64,000 bases of DNA. It comes from Nymphaea colorata. Its lineage: Eukaryota. A program made the position numbers and the translations under genes. The notes under the pieces were generated by a model that saw only the letters and a list, made by a program, of their open reading frames with translations, made no database searches and was not told the origin of the DNA. Location of the stretch: contig NC_045138.2 in NCBI RefSeq assembly GCF_008831285.2, forward strand, positions 26,846,001 through 26,910,000, written 5' to 3'. Below are positions 27,592-41,796 of this stretch, in pieces (the first letter of the stretch is position 1; every line of letters starts with the position of its first letter).

Positions 27592-30500
27592 ATGGGATCG
27601 GCGACGCGTCTTCCCGCTGCCGTCTCGGCGATGCTGGTCGCCTTCCTCTTCGCCTCCGTCGTCGATGGCTTCTACCTCCCCGGCGTCGCCCCTCAAGACT
27701 TCATGAAGGTTCCGGAAAGAATGACATACCCAATTTGTTCTGTTTCTTGCTATCTCTTCCGCTCGATCTCTTGCTTTTTCTTCTTTAGCTTTTTGATCTG
27801 GAAGCGAATTTATTGCGGATCTGTTTGGTTCGCAACTTACTCGTTACTGTTAGGCCCATTTCTGCATGGTACATCTTGATCTACTGTTTGCAGTGTGGTT
27901 TTTTGGTTTTTGATCGGATTGTTTAGACGTTCGATTTTGATGGGCTTGCTTCACTTGTGGTTTCTTGCTGGATCTGGGTGTCGGTCGGTTCATAGGTACT
28001 AGATTGGAGTGTACATTAGTAGATTTTGAATGGCTAACTATTGGGGTTTTTCTTGTACTTATTTTTCTTCGTGTCAATTGGCCAACTCGTTTAGTTGGGT
28101 AATGGGTAGTGATAGCCTTGTTCGGATGTTGAATACTTGGGATCCAGGAGTGATTGCAAATGGATCGTTGGATGCATTCCAAATTATGTGATAGTGATTG
28201 TGGTGTTTGTGAGGCGAAGGCTGTCAAAAAATATCTGGATTGATTTGTATTTTGAGTTGCTTTGTCCCAGTTTGAGCGGGTGTCTTACTTGGTTTGTCTC
28301 GATCATGACATGTCTGTACTCATTGGAACGAGAATTATGGATCCCTGAGCTGAACAGTGAGGTATATGTACTCGTTCTCGCAGTCAAGTAGTTGGATTTG
28401 CAATGGCGCAAGACCAGTACGTTGTGATTCTGTAGAGATGATTGTTCTGTTCGATGAACAAATTGCTTGTTACAATGCTAGCCTTTTGAATGCACCAGGG
28501 CCACATTTCGTGTGAGGTTTAATTTAAGCTTGTGTATTTTGCTGTTAGAATTATATTCAAGTTATGTTTCCACACGTTGAGTGGCTCAATTGGTCGGAAA
28601 TTTTCCTCATCCTCTGTACCGGTAGTGTTGTTCAGCTGGAAGGTCGTTAATACGTCTGTGTCTCATTTACTGAATCTGCTCCTGAATTGGCCCAACTATA
28701 TTTGGCTTGGACTCTAAAAGCACATTCTTTTTGGACTCGATCAGCACGTGCTTAAATTTGGACAAGCTTAGCTGAATAAGCCTGGTTAGAACTTCACTAG
28801 ATTTATGAAGTGGTTCTTTTCAACGTTCCATCAGTAGATAAGAAATTATCTTTGTAGATTTCTTGAATTTCTAGTTTACTGAAAAATCATTTCATATATT
28901 GTTGAGCGTCAGCATAGTTACCATTATGTCTCCTCGTCCTTTGTTAGTATCTATGAATGTTTCTGGTCTCAGTGAAACAGAGTACTTTTCTTACCGCCAG
29001 ACGTGGTTAAAAGTTAAAACATCTAGCTATCACATAAATTCATAATGTTGCTTATAGAGTCTAAAGATATCTCATGCTATATGGGCCATTTTTTTCTATT
29101 TTAATCCAACTTATGCATTATATTTAGTGAATCCCAAGAGCTTGCAGGCTGGCTGTTTTGCAGATTAGCATATATTTTATCTATTGAGCTTTAGCACGAG
29201 TGAGTTGAGTTGATCCAATATCTTTAATATGTCATAGCTGTACATGAAGTGACAAAATTTTCTTGTCAAGTTTGGTTTTATGAAATACAAGTAATGAAGA
29301 TATCTCTTTATGTAGTAAAATCTTTCTTTATTTTGAAGCTTGGAGCACAAACACATTAATATGGTGTACCAGCCTGTGGGCTTTGTGGTAAGGTAATAAA
29401 GATGTTACTTGTTAGGGTTCATGGTCAGAGTTGGGCCCTTCAGTAGAAGGTGATGTATGAAAAATGAAAGTAGCCCTGACTAGGCAAACATTTTTCTGCT
29501 TTAATATGAAATGCTCCAATGGCAGAAGCATGGCAGGTGCAATACTGTAAGCGATAAACCATCATAACCCTTGAACCACTAGACTGCACTGCAGATAATG
29601 CAGAGCATAGAGGAAAATGAATTGAACAGTCCTCAAGTAGTTGTTTCTTATGACATGGCGTGCATTTGCTTCCTTTTATTAATATTACACCCATTTACGT
29701 AATGTGTATGTGGTATCACGTTGTGCAACTTCTTTGCCAAGTGCTAACTTGTTTCTTTTGTTTGACATTGATTTCCATTTCAGGGTGATAATTTACAAGT
29801 GAAAGTGAACAAGCTTTCATCTATAAAAACCCAACTTCCATATGACTATTATTTCCTGAACTATTGTAAGCCAGATAAGATTATGAACAGTGCAGAGAAT
29901 CTGGGAGAGGTTCTTCGAGGTGATCGTATTGAAAACTCTCTTTACTTGGTAAGCTTGAGGTTTTTGTGATTTAACAGACCTGGAAAGCAACATTTTTTAG
30001 CTTTGTATTCTCTTATCCCTTCACAGTTTATCCAGTGTATAACATGAAGTGCATTACATTGGTGCAGTTCAAAATGAGAACGGATGAGTCATGCAAACTT
30101 GCGTGCAAGACAAAACTTGATGCTGAATCAGCAAGGAACTTCAAGGAGAAAATTGATGATGAATACAGGGTCAATATGTAAGGGGAAATTTTTTTATTTT
30201 TGCTTCAATTTAAGGCATTGTCTTGGCTTGTTTAGAAATATTTTTGGAGATTTGCTGGAAAGTTTATTCCTTATTTGTTTGTTTTTTCTTTTAATAGGAT
30301 TTTGGACAATCTTCCAGTTGCAGTCATCAGGAAAAGGAGGGATGGGAGCAAGACCTATGAGCATGGTTTCCTTGTTGGTTTCAGAGCAAGTTATTCTGGG
30401 GTATCAAACTGAAAAATATTGGTCTTTATTTTTTTTTTCTATGATATCCTTTGCTTGCTTGCTGATTAACTCCTGAAATCCTGTTTAGAGCAAAGAGGAA

Positions 30501-30631
30501 AAGTACTTCATCAACAACCATCTGCAGTTCAAAGTCATGTATCACAAGGACGTTGAGACTGATTCTGCTCGTATTGTTGGTTTTGAGGTTACTCCATATA
30601 GGTCTCTCTCTCTCTCTCACACACACACACA

Positions 30632-30666
<35 letters not shown>

Positions 30667-33600
30667 ACATGCACACACATTCATATATGAATGTAAAAAG
30701 GGACAACATTAAAACCTTGTCTTAAGATTGAGATTACTACATCATGTTGCAGTATATTGGAAAAAACTAAAAGTGAATAGCAGCGATAGCATGGTAATGG
30801 TATTTTTCATTTTTATTTCTTGAACAAAATTATTTTGTTTTATTCATTACCAGAGTTTATCTGGTCGGAAGATTTTTTCCGAGACTCAAGAGTCAATCTG
30901 ATGTTGTTAATGCGTCCTTTCTATTTGCATTGCACAGTCTGTTCCTTTGTCCCTGATACAACTAATGTCTTCTCTTTAGAGGCAGGATTGTCCTCTCTCC
31001 CTTGAACTTTTCCCCGTCCCTTGGCTTCCTTGTCACATGGACATGGCATATATGCTGCCACACCCTTGTCAGCTTGGGTGCTGTTATGGGTTTGCTGTTG
31101 AGTGTGGTTGTTTATATTTACTGTTTTACACATGCACACGTGCACGCGCACACACACAGGTGCACAAAAAACACACTCTTTACCCCCCTAAGTCAATTTT
31201 ATATCATTTTTCTTATATGTATAAGCTTCTTTAGATATGTACAAGCTTCTGCACCCACATTTATGTGATATAGCTCCTCTCTCTCTCTCTCTCTCTCTCG
31301 CATTTACCATGTCAATACGTTTAATCAGCTTAAATGTACCATCATGTTCATAATTTTGAGAGGTGAAAACTCAATTTGCTGAAGATTTCTTAACCTAAGG
31401 ATCTTTGGAAAGATCATTTTGAACAATTTTTCAATATAAGTAATGAATAAATTTTTTCTGAATATGTGCTTAAGGATGGTTCTTTTTTTTTCTTTGAGGT
31501 CAGACCTAAGGTTCAGACTGTGGGTCTCATGTAGCATTTTGAAAAAAAAAAAGCTCGGTTTGTCTGTGTGGGGGCAAGGGTGTGTGTCTCTTTGGCTATA
31601 CACATAAATGGTTAACAAACATTAAATTAACGACTAACAAACTATCATTCGTTCAATGACTCGACAAAAGAAATAAAGCTAAGGATGCTAGTTTCTAGTC
31701 GTGGTCACAGTCGACAGTAAAAACTGGCAAGAGGGAGCTGAAAGAGAAAGGGAACCCAACACTCTCTGCATTGTTGGTTTCTGACAAAAAAAGGGAGCAG
31801 TGCAGAAAAGAGATGGAGAGAGAATAAAGCGGGTAGAGTTGAATCCTAACTGAATGGTACATTGGGATTTTCATTTGAAGTCAAATGGAGGACAATATTA
31901 GACTCCTCTGAAATTATGGATAGCAAAACAAGGACGTATACTTTTTATGGGACTGCAGTCACTAAAATATTAAGTGTATGGACTTATGACTCTTTCAATA
32001 ACTTCAAACTTGAGCTAGAGTCAAGCCTAATGTGCATGTGTATATGTAGTTGACTGTACTTATCAATACCGACAATTGCATTTGTTGAGTTGGAGTAGCA
32101 GCAATACTAGAAGCAGGTGCGACATGTGTGTAGAGACCTACCTAAATAGTCCTTCTTACATAGCAGACATGCTGCACATACGTGCACTCTTTCTGAAGAT
32201 GTGGAAGATAAGAGGAGTATTCTGTATCTTACATTTGCTCTACAAATATGTGAAAGTTAGAAACTGGATTCTTGTATTCCTCTTTTTTTATTATCATCAA
32301 CGTTCTTTCAAACTGCTGTTTGACATGTTTGTATGTGGTGCATGGATTCTAGTCTACATTACTTTGTAATTTTCAAATGTGTTTGCCTTATGTGCTTGTC
32401 TTGTCTTTTTGTTCTATCTTGAGCCCCACATGATAGTCTAAAATTGGGCACACAAAGTGCAAGCTTTGTCTTACTCTTTTCCCGAAACAGTGTCAATCAT
32501 GAGTACAAGCAGCCATGGGATGAGAAGAATCCTCAATTAATTACTTGTGGTACTGATTCGAAAAATATAATTCAAGGGAGCACTGTTCCTCAAGAAGTAG
32601 AGGCAGATAAGGAGGTTATATTCACTTACGATGTTCTCTTTGAGGTACATACTTTCTGCTGGACTTACCTTCTTGCTTTAGTTATCCTCTAGTTTCTAAC
32701 TGCTTCTTTTCTCTCAGACAAGTGAAATTAAGTGGGCTTCTCGCTGGGATACATACCTTCTCATGAGTGATGACCAGATTCACTGGTTCTCTATTATCAA
32801 TTCTTTGATGATTGTCTTGTTCCTTTCTGGAATGGTGGCCATGATTATGATGCGAACTCTATACAAAGACATTGCCAACTATAACCAGCTGGAAACACAA
32901 GATGAAGCACAGGAAGAAACTGGTTGGAAGCTTGTCCATGGAGATGTGTTCAGGCCTCCAGTTAATTCTGGCTTACTATGTGTTTATGTTGGTACCGGAG
33001 TCCAGTTCTTTGGGATGACACTTGTCACCATGATATTTGCATTGCTCGGTTTCCTTTCACCTTCCAATCGTGGTGGGCTGATGACTGCCATGGTTCTCCT
33101 GTGGGTCTTTATGGGTTTGTTTGCAGGATATTCATCATCGAGGCTGTATAAAATGTTTAAAGGAACAGAATGGAAAAAGAACACGCTGAAGACAGCAGTC
33201 ATGTTCCCTGCCATTCTCTTCTCCATCTTCTTCGTACTCAATGCTCTCATCTGGGGAGAAAAGTCTTCAGGTGCAATTCCGTTTGGTACCATGTTTGCAC
33301 TTGTGGTTCTTTGGTTTGGCATATCAGTGCCTTTGGTTTTTGTTGGAAGTTATCTTGGATACAAGAAGCCAGCAATTGAGGACCCCGTGAAGACGAATAA
33401 GATCCCCAGGCAGATTCCTGAGCAGGCATGGTATATGCAGCCTGTTTTCTCTATTCTAATTGGGGGCATATTGCCATTTGGTGCTGTTTTCATTGAACTC
33501 TTCTTCATCTTGACATCCATATGGCTGAATCAGTTCTATTACATCTTTGGGTTTCTCTTCATTGTCTTTGTTATCTTGTTGATAACATGTGCGGAGATCA

Positions 33601-33875
33601 CAATTGTCCTCTGCTACTTCCAGCTGTGCAGTGAGGACTACCACTGGTGGTGGAGGGCTTATCTGACTGCAGGCTCCTCAGCTCTGTATCTCTTCCTATA
33701 TGCGGTCTTCTATTTCTTCACGAAGCTTGACATAACTAAAGTCGTGTCAGGCATTCTCTACTTCGGCTATATGTTGATCATATCGTATGCCTTCTTTGTT
33801 TTGACTGGAACTATAGGATTCTATGCTTGCTTCTGGTTTGTGAGGAAGATCTATTCTTCTGTGAAGATCGACTGA
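27592..33875 (+). CDS. Transmembrane 9 superfamily member (EMP70/nonaspanin, TMN7-like), 639 aa
   Basis: Exons 27592-27708, 29784-29948, 30068-30177, 30298-30400, 30489-30601, 32491-32644, 32718-33875; all introns GT-AG, 1920 nt open frame. Signal peptide then FYLPGVAP, KTQLPYDYY, ENLGEVLRGDRIENS, IHWFSIINS, EETGWKLVHGDVFR, multiple TM helices and a C-terminal KID (KxD/E Golgi-retention motif). Confidence 0.95.
30603..30662. repeat. Compound (CT)n(CA)n microsatellite at the start of TM9SF intron 5
   Basis: Read directly; begins immediately after the AG|GT donor. Confidence 0.9.
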
Positions 33876-36136
33876 TGGAGAAACTTGACAGAGGTCGATA
33901 ATGAGAACATCAGAAATAACAATGGGATTTGAGCAGGGAGGGGTGCAAAAAAGGCAAAGAGCAAGGGCGCAGTACCCAAGAACCAAAGGCGGGCATCGTT
34001 CTATAGTATCACATTTTGCCGTGGATGATGGTGATTTTGTAGAAGACCAGCATAGTTATGTATTGTTTTTTCTTTCAGAATTTAATCTTTTGCTTGTTTG
34101 AACATCTACATGATGAACTCATAGTTTTACTTGTCCTTACATGTGAGAATCTTAAATCTTTTAACCAGGGAGCCAGTTGTACATCATACTTTGACTGTGC
34201 AATGTTTGAAAGCTCTCTCTCTCTTTCTCTCTCTCGCCCTCTGCAATAGGTCCGGACTTCACTTGATTTAATGTCACAGATAGCTTTAAATATAGTTTTC
34301 AGCTTACGGAACTCCCATATACAGCGCGCACACACGTATGTAGTACCGTCTGTATTTATTTGCTGCGTTTGGTGGTCATTTCATCCTCTTCTTGGGTTCG
34401 TCTTTTACAAATCTGACAGAATGATCATGAAAGATTTAAAAATATATGTTCAGGAATAAAGAAATATGATGTGTGAAGTGGACTGTAGGGGTTTATTTAA
34501 GTTTTTTGTAACTTATTTGTAGGGTTAAGTTCTGGAAAAATGCTTAAGGTCATTCTGCGATAACATGCCGAGCGGTAACCTACGGTTCAAGTTATTTTCT
34601 AAGCTATTTTTATAAAAGAACATTGGTTTTTCTACTATCAACATTTTGATGCTATAAAAGTAGTTTATTGTTTATTATTAACAAATGTAATTAAAGTCAA
34701 ATTAAAAATATAACTAAAGTAAAAAAGATTAACATGATAAATGTTTCTCATGAAATCACTCTGGTGCATAAAAAACACTTTCAAAATTATTTTAGTAGGT
34801 CTGGTTTTTGTCCTACTTAGGTGGTCCTGTATTTATTACTCTCATGACATAATATATATATATATAGAAATTAGATCGTTAAGTCAGTGAAGAAAACCAA
34901 ATTGTTTAAATGTGAATTTACATTGTTTTTTTTTTGCAATCTAACTTTGTGGATATAATTTTAAGAATAAGTTGATTCCAAACATATATTAAGTTAATTA
35001 TTTTTTAGATCTTAATAGCGTTTTTATAATAAGCAAAAATAAATGGCTCCCATACCATCAACATTTCTTTCATAAAAACAAATAACAATTTACAAATCAT
35101 GCTTTATATCAAAACATTTTTTATCAATTAGGATTTAAAATAATTTTTTAGCAAAAAAATTAAAGGGTCTGCTTTTTGTTGGACCTAATGGTCTAGTTTC
35201 TGCCAATTTCTCTCTCTCTCAAAATCTTGGCAAACTTGACCTCGTGAAATGTACACATTTATCAGCTGTAGAACTGTTGGATGTGGTGTGGTTCCGTGTG
35301 TCCTGACGATGGGCGTGTAACTAATCAAAATTTGCATTTAGATCCTATACCAATGCAAGGCAGCTTCCAAATTCATGCGTAAATACGGGCTCTTTATCAT
35401 TAGTGAAGAAAGGGATGATGTACAAGCCGAGTCATAAAGAACTTTAACGATGATAGAGATAAGTCATCAAGAAGGTTGGCACAAAGGTCTGAGCAGAGGT
35501 TATTAAGAGATTAGTTTTTATTTTGAATTTTTGATATGTCAATTCTTGCTGCAGATGAAGTTGAAGTACTGCAAGTTGAAGTACGGTAGTGACTGCATTG
35601 AAAGCGTGTGTGAAACATGAGCTTATGATCTGACATTAGGTTATAAACCCACTTGCCGATTGATGCTTGTCTTCATTGTCCAGTGTTTCAATTTTGAACC
35701 ACTGCAGATCTTTGAATAACAAATAGACGTACGGTTAAAAGTTTGTCGAGTTCTTCTGATTAAATCGACGTGCTGTTGCCTTTTGGGGAAACACGTTAGG
35801 ATGATCTAATGATTAGCTAATGAATTAACCCTTGAATTTACAAGGAAACCCAAAGTTGGTTTTGATTGAAGAAAGCTTCAATTATAAACAGAGCTAATCA
35901 CCGGTTTCCAATGATAATTCTGTCACCAAGTATGATTGTGTCCCACAAAAATTAATAAGTACAAGATGTTGGTGCTTCCGGTTACTCTATGGCAATTTGG
36001 CAAACATCTATATATGTAAAGTTCTGTGGATGATGTATGCTTTATTGAAGTTGATGATGTATGCTTTTATTGGTGCACGGAAATTTCATGTGCCAAGACA
36101 AATGCTCGTTTACGATACGTGCATACCATGTGTAGG

Positions 36137-36417
36137 GTGCATATCTAATACATAGTGACTAGATTATAAAACATAAATGGCTCACTGTCACACACACATG
36201 TACAGAGATAGAGGGAGAAGACGTGCATATCTATTAAATAGAGGCTAGATTAATGAAACACAAATGGCACACTGAGTGTGCATGTAACCAGTTTCACACT
36301 GGTATACATATACAAAGAGAGAGAAAAAGAGTGCATATCTAATAAATAGAGACTCAATTAACAAAACACAAATGGGACACAGTCACACAGACGTACAGTC
36401 ACAGAGCAAGAGAGAGT
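36137..36417. repeat. Three diverged ~85-110-bp tandem units downstream of the ascorbate oxidase stop (probable 3' UTR)
   Basis: Units start gtgcatatct(a/t)... at 36137, 36223 and 36331. Each continues with ta(a/c)atag...aaaca(c/t)aaatgg...cac and ends in a GA-rich tail. Confidence 0.85.
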
Positions 36418-36484
36418 TGTGTTCGAATGCCAGGACCGATGCATCATCAAGAACCAGGTCGCCCTCAAGCCACGACTGTAAGGC

Positions 36485-38778
36485 TCACCCGTGGATCAGC
36501 AGATTTCTGGTTAGTCCACAGCCCAGTGCAGACAAAGGTATCTTCCCCACAAGCTCCTCCCCCTCCGCAAAGATCACCCCCATGCCCATGTGCAGGTGCG
36601 GCTCTATGTGACAATGGAAGGGCCACACCCCCGGGTTGTCTGCAACAAAGCGGAGGGCAGTCCACCCATAAGGGAACAAGGTCACTGTGTTCCTCAACGG
36701 CGGATTCCTGAGGTTGAACCCCTTAACATCCCTTTTCTCGTCAAACTTTCCATCTCCATACCCCAGAACCCAGAAGTCATGCCCATGCAAGTGCCATGGA
36801 TGAAGCTCACTGTTGTTGCTAGTCAACGTGTTGGCGTTTTGGAGTATAACATCCACCGTGGCGTTCAATTCAAATCTGAAAATACCGGTGCTGGTCGTCG
36901 TGTTCGGGTTCTGCGGCGGCAGCATGATGTCGTAGTCGGCCGGAAAATTCTCCGGCGGCACAACACTGTCAAAAGCATTGCTGAGCCCGAACTTGATCGA
37001 GCCCAGGTAAGGTGTGACTGGCAAGGAAAGGGAGACGTTGTTGATGGACCACTTGGTGTAGCCATTCATCTTGTTCTGGGTGTTGAGGAGGATGATGCGC
37101 CTTTGGGCGACAGGCGGCGGCCTCGGGTTGAGGGATGACTTGCCAAGGATCTTTCTAGCGAAGGAGATGCTGTAGCTGGTGTCATTCCAAGCTGGGGAGG
37201 GCGGTGGGGGTATGGCGGGCAGTTTGGTATGTGGGTTCGGGTAGTAGTTCAGTATGGCTAGCCCAGGTGGTGTACTGGGTTTCCTCCCTCTAACGTTTAT
37301 GGAGACCCAGTAGTTGGTTGATGGGCTCTGGTCAGTTCTGATGAGCACAGAGTAGCTCTCCCCAGAGTATATGTCTATCTTGTCAACAGTGGTAGGCTCT
37401 AGGTAATTGCCATCTGCCTCAACCAGCACCATTTTGTGTCCCTGTGGTTGAGAATGACATCAGTACTTAAAAAGTAAATCAGTGCCAAAAACAAATCAGT
37501 ATTAAAAATAAATCATTACAAAAAATGGGTGCAGAAAGAAATTGTCAACTATATAATGTAGAGTAGATTATTGAAATGATCAAATAAGATGCTTATGTGA
37601 CCGTTTTGACCGACTTGTGACTTAGTGAAGCCTTGCAGACTTGGATGAGTTGATTCTGGCTCCTCAGTCTAAGCAGTTTGCTACGTCTTTTGTTGATTGT
37701 TTTAAAGAAAATACAAATTTTCAGATCTGTAATCACCTAACTTGGACTAATATGGGTGGCAGGCCAACTAACAGAGATGGCGTCATAAATCTTTGATGCA
37801 TAATATAAAACTGAACATTTCAACACATAAAAGAAGAAAATTCAGCTTATATATCTCATATTTGAGCTGTATATCGTTACAAAGAAAAGCTTATCCCCAT
37901 ATGTCGGGCGAAAAAACCTGGCTCTTTTGGATGGACTCTTCTTGGTAATGTGAATGTGGACAATGAGGACATGCTTTTGTGATTGAGGGGATAAGTGCTC
38001 CTCAAAATAGTTGGGTTCAAATTTTATCTGGATAATTTTTTTCTTGCTTTAACGCGTGCCTGTGGAATCCACTAACGCCAGTGACTCGGGCGGCATGTCT
38101 AGACGCATCATTGCAGTAAAATCATAGTCACAGTATATTATTTTCAATGATCGCGTCTCTTATACTCTTCTATAACGCCAAACCAGCTTTAGAGTCAGAG
38201 AGTGCTCCTCCTTGGAGTTAAGCCGAAATTGGCTTCTAGTCATGGCCGATATCATGGCACAAGGCCTGCATTTTCACTTACTGAGTTGTTTCTTTCAAGA
38301 TAAAATCGAACCAATACCTTGGATATCCGTATATTGCCTAAAGAAAGGAATAGCTTAATCTCTTACCTGCTAAGTAAATTCTAATCACAGAAAGATGGAA
38401 CATAGTGGATGAGTGGGTAGCTAGTAATGTGTTGCCATAATAACTGCATTGCTGACTTCCATGCATATATTTCTATAGTGGGTAACGCTCGAAAAGCGCG
38501 TATCCCACACAGATCTATCTCACACACATCAACATCTAGCACACAAGGTCAAAAAGATTGTCTAGGTAGAGTCGCATTCAGCCACCAGCAGTCGTTCTCT
38601 TTACTTTGTTTAACTGGTGACTGGGATCGCATCTCTCTCAATAAAGGAAGAGTTTAACTTTTACCTGATTTGTTAAAAGATACAGGAAAGGGACAATTCC
38701 GGCTTCCGGCCTTTACACTATTCAGGCAGTTGTTGGGTGCCTATTCCCGGCAGGTTCTTTTATTCTAGGTAGAGTGGG

Positions 38779-38824
<46 letters not shown>

Positions 38825-39983
38825 CTGTCTAGAATGATTCCACGTGAAAGTTCACAAAAGGTGGTGCTTTTCTAAGCCCACTTCTCCAATGTGCCTAAGA
38901 GAGTAGGTCATTGATTGCCGATCATTTCCACTTATAGAGAAGGAAAGGAAAGAAGGATCTTTTCACTTTTTCTTCTCAAAAAAAATTCAAAAGAAAACTC
39001 CACCTACCGGCTACCACCGACTGCTTCCTTGTTGGTCTCCAGTTGGTACTGACGCTTTTGAGGTCCAAGGCCCTACCTACTCAGAACCGTATCTTATGTT
39101 CACTTTGCAAGCTTGTAGTTGCTCGTAAACTTAATGATATCAGTAAAGTTGATTAATGGGGAGTAAGCAAATCCTTTTCAAGGATGAAAATCATGTCAAA
39201 GATGCCGGTGCACAACTTGGGAAGGCTCTTGTTTAGCTTGTGGCTCACCGTAACTTCAGACCTCATAAATTCTTTTAGCATTTTGGACCTAAAGAACCGT
39301 AACTTGATCTTCAAAATATACTTCTGAGGACATAAAGACGATATGGAAAATTCCCTGTTTCGTAATGTTGAGATCTGCAGAATCCCACATCTAAAGAAGT
39401 GATAAACTGTGTGGAAAAACCTTACCCCAATTGCAAAATTAAGAGAAGCAAGCGAAGTGACGCTTGCAATCCTCAGTCTGTAAGTCTTGTTTGGTTGGAC
39501 ACGAAGGACGTGGGGTGTGCACTGGGTGTTGTTGAAAGCACACATGGTTTCAGGCCATGGATAAGTCCAAGTGGTCTGCGAATAACGCGCAAGCGAGCAA
39601 TTGAACTGCCCTCTTCCCTGAATAAGCAAACTCTGCAAACACGAACAGAGCAGAGCAAAGAAAACGATGAGCGAGAACAAAAGGTAAAGTGACGATGGCA
39701 TGATATCTTAGAGCAAAGACTTCAGTAATATTGGCTTGCCTGTGGCTCTCCAATCCATTTGAAGGGGATGGAGGAGAGTCCAAGCATCTGCTGATAGATG
39801 TTCTGGTGCCACCAGTCGCTCAAAAGAAGGCTTAGCTCCCCATCATAATCAAATGGCTCCTTTTGTCCATCCGCAACGTTCACTATTAGTGACCCATATA
39901 ATCCCGCAGATCTTTGCATTCCATAGTGCGCATGGTAGAAAAATGTTCCAGCCTACAACAACAGAACTGTCAAAGAGTGCACA

Positions 39984-40026
<43 letters not shown>

Positions 40027-40773
40027 CTCATAAAGTATATGCACAAAGTAATTAAATCAAAGAACTATATGACGAATATAAATTGTCATATGCAATGTAT
40101 TACTAACTCGTCATGATCATAATGTGCTATACATAACATTAGTTTTTCAAAAACAGATATCAAATATAATGTGCTACTATTGATTTTTTTTGTGTGTGCA
40201 TGTGTGTATAGAGAGATCTACAGAGAGAGATTACTACCTTGTCGACGACAAACCTGTAGACAAATGTCTCTTCCGGATTGATAGCACATTGTGATATGGC
40301 TGCAGTTCCATCCGCCCAAGGTGTTCCGAGCTGAACCAAGAAGAAAAAATGAGGTTGGACGAAACGATGAAAAGAAAGATACAGCAGGAAGACTGACGAT
40401 TACTACCAGAGACATACAAAAACACGTAAACGAATGAAAATGGAGCTTTAAAGCTAGCTAGCTAGAGAGATGGATATATATATATATATATATGGAGATA
40501 ATTAACCTGTCTGATTCCATGCCAGTGGATGACGACGCCCTCAGTGGGAAGCTTGTTCGTCACCTCCACCACGAGGGTGTCTCCGGCTTTTGCTCTGACG
40601 GTTGGCCCTGGGTATTGGCCATTGATGCCGATCACAAAGGACTGCACACAGTCGGGTGCCCAGTCGAGATAGCCCAGTTCCCATTTCAAGTGCCTTGCCT
40701 TGGAAGCGCAGGCTGATTGCAGGAGGAACACCAAACAGAAGCAAAAAATGAAAGAAGAGAGATTGGAGGACAT
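36485..40773 (-). CDS. AO: L-ascorbate oxidase (multicopper oxidase), 578 aa
   Basis: Exons 40773-40507, 40330-40238, 39952-39740, 39632-39426, 37441-36485 (1737 nt, open). Signal peptide, then [10 protein letters not shown] and the copper-ligand motifs [32 protein letters not shown] and [28 protein letters not shown] and WIGEPQSLL point to ascorbate oxidase rather than laccase. Intron 39739-39633 is GC-AG. Confidence 0.95.
38781..38820. repeat. (GA)20 microsatellite in AO intron 4
   Basis: Read directly. Confidence 0.95.
39979..40025. repeat. Compound (CA)n(GA)n microsatellite in AO intron 2
   Basis: Read directly. Confidence 0.9.
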
Positions 40774-40858
40774 GGCTGAGTGGTAATCTACTGAAAGAAA
40801 ACCAGTCTTAAGCCTCCACAGGCAAACCGCAATGGGCAGCAGCTTGGGAGTAGTACTA

Positions 40859-40868
40859 CTATATATAA
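40859..40868 (-). promoter_or_regulatory. Candidate TATA box of ascorbate oxidase
   Basis: The minus strand reads TTATATATAG about 90 bp upstream of the ATG at 40773. Confidence 0.45.
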
Positions 40869-41703
40869 CCTACTTGGCTACTCCTCTCCCCCCATTGATC
40901 GCTGTTAAGCAGTCATTTTCTGGAGAGAAGAACAGTGTGAAAGGAAGAGAGTGGGGGTTTGAGGGGGGGACCGATGGAGTGTGTACCTCAAAAGCACGAT
41001 TTTGCAGACAAACCCACAATAATATTCTTACATTGAAGGCTTGATTTACTGCACCTTCTGCACATTTTCCTGTTCTCTTGTTGTTCTGTTTCAGTTGGGT
41101 AATGGCGATTCATAATCTGGGAGTCCTTTAGAAGTAATGGATTAATTGGCTTTCTAGGTGCAATGCATTTCCTGGCTAAAAGAAAAGGTCGAAAGTAGCA
41201 AGCTATTGATCTAAACATTTAAAATGTGAAAGCGGGCTAAACTTCAATGCAGATGCACTTTTTCTTCTCCCTATTGGCAGCCACGTTTATGTGTATATAT
41301 GTATTGGAATAATTGCTATAAGTCAAAGACAAAAACTAGACTGCTTAAATGCAATGATAAAGGTATCCTTTTTCTTGTTAAGACATGATGTCAAGAACAA
41401 GTTGATTTTGGAAAACATATAAGAAGCTCATTATTTTTTGAGTTTAATTGTATTCTTATATTAAATAAATTTGCACCCCCCATATGACATCAAATTTTGA
41501 TTGCAGAGAGATACCCATTTTTCTGTAGAAACAACCTAAGAAACTAAAACATGTTTTTGTATTAAATAAGTTTTATAAACATTTAGGACATTTTTATTTT
41601 GTTTAAAATAAATTTTTAACAACAAATTTTAAGTGTCTGGCTTTTATTTCTAACATAGCATATGAGATCTACCAATTTTCATTGTATATGACATGGATTT
41701 CTA

Positions 41704-41796
41704 GTATATATATATATAAAGAGCTGACAATTTTGACTAGCCTTGCTATATATATATATATATATAAAGAGTATGACAATCTTGACTAGGCTTGCG
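41704..41796. repeat. ~46-bp tandem duplication containing (TA)n, upstream of AO
   Basis: (ta)n aaagagctgacaattttgactagccttgc followed by (ta)n aaagagtatgacaatcttgactaggcttgc. Confidence 0.85.

Noticed and set aside
27312..27788. 158-aa ORF overlapping the TM9SF start
   Set aside because: Non-ATG start, crosses the promoter, CT-repeat leader and exon 1 out of frame; no family features.
36590..37138. 182-aa + strand ORF antisense to AO
   Set aside because: A shadow ORF of a GC-rich coding exon with no independent protein signature.
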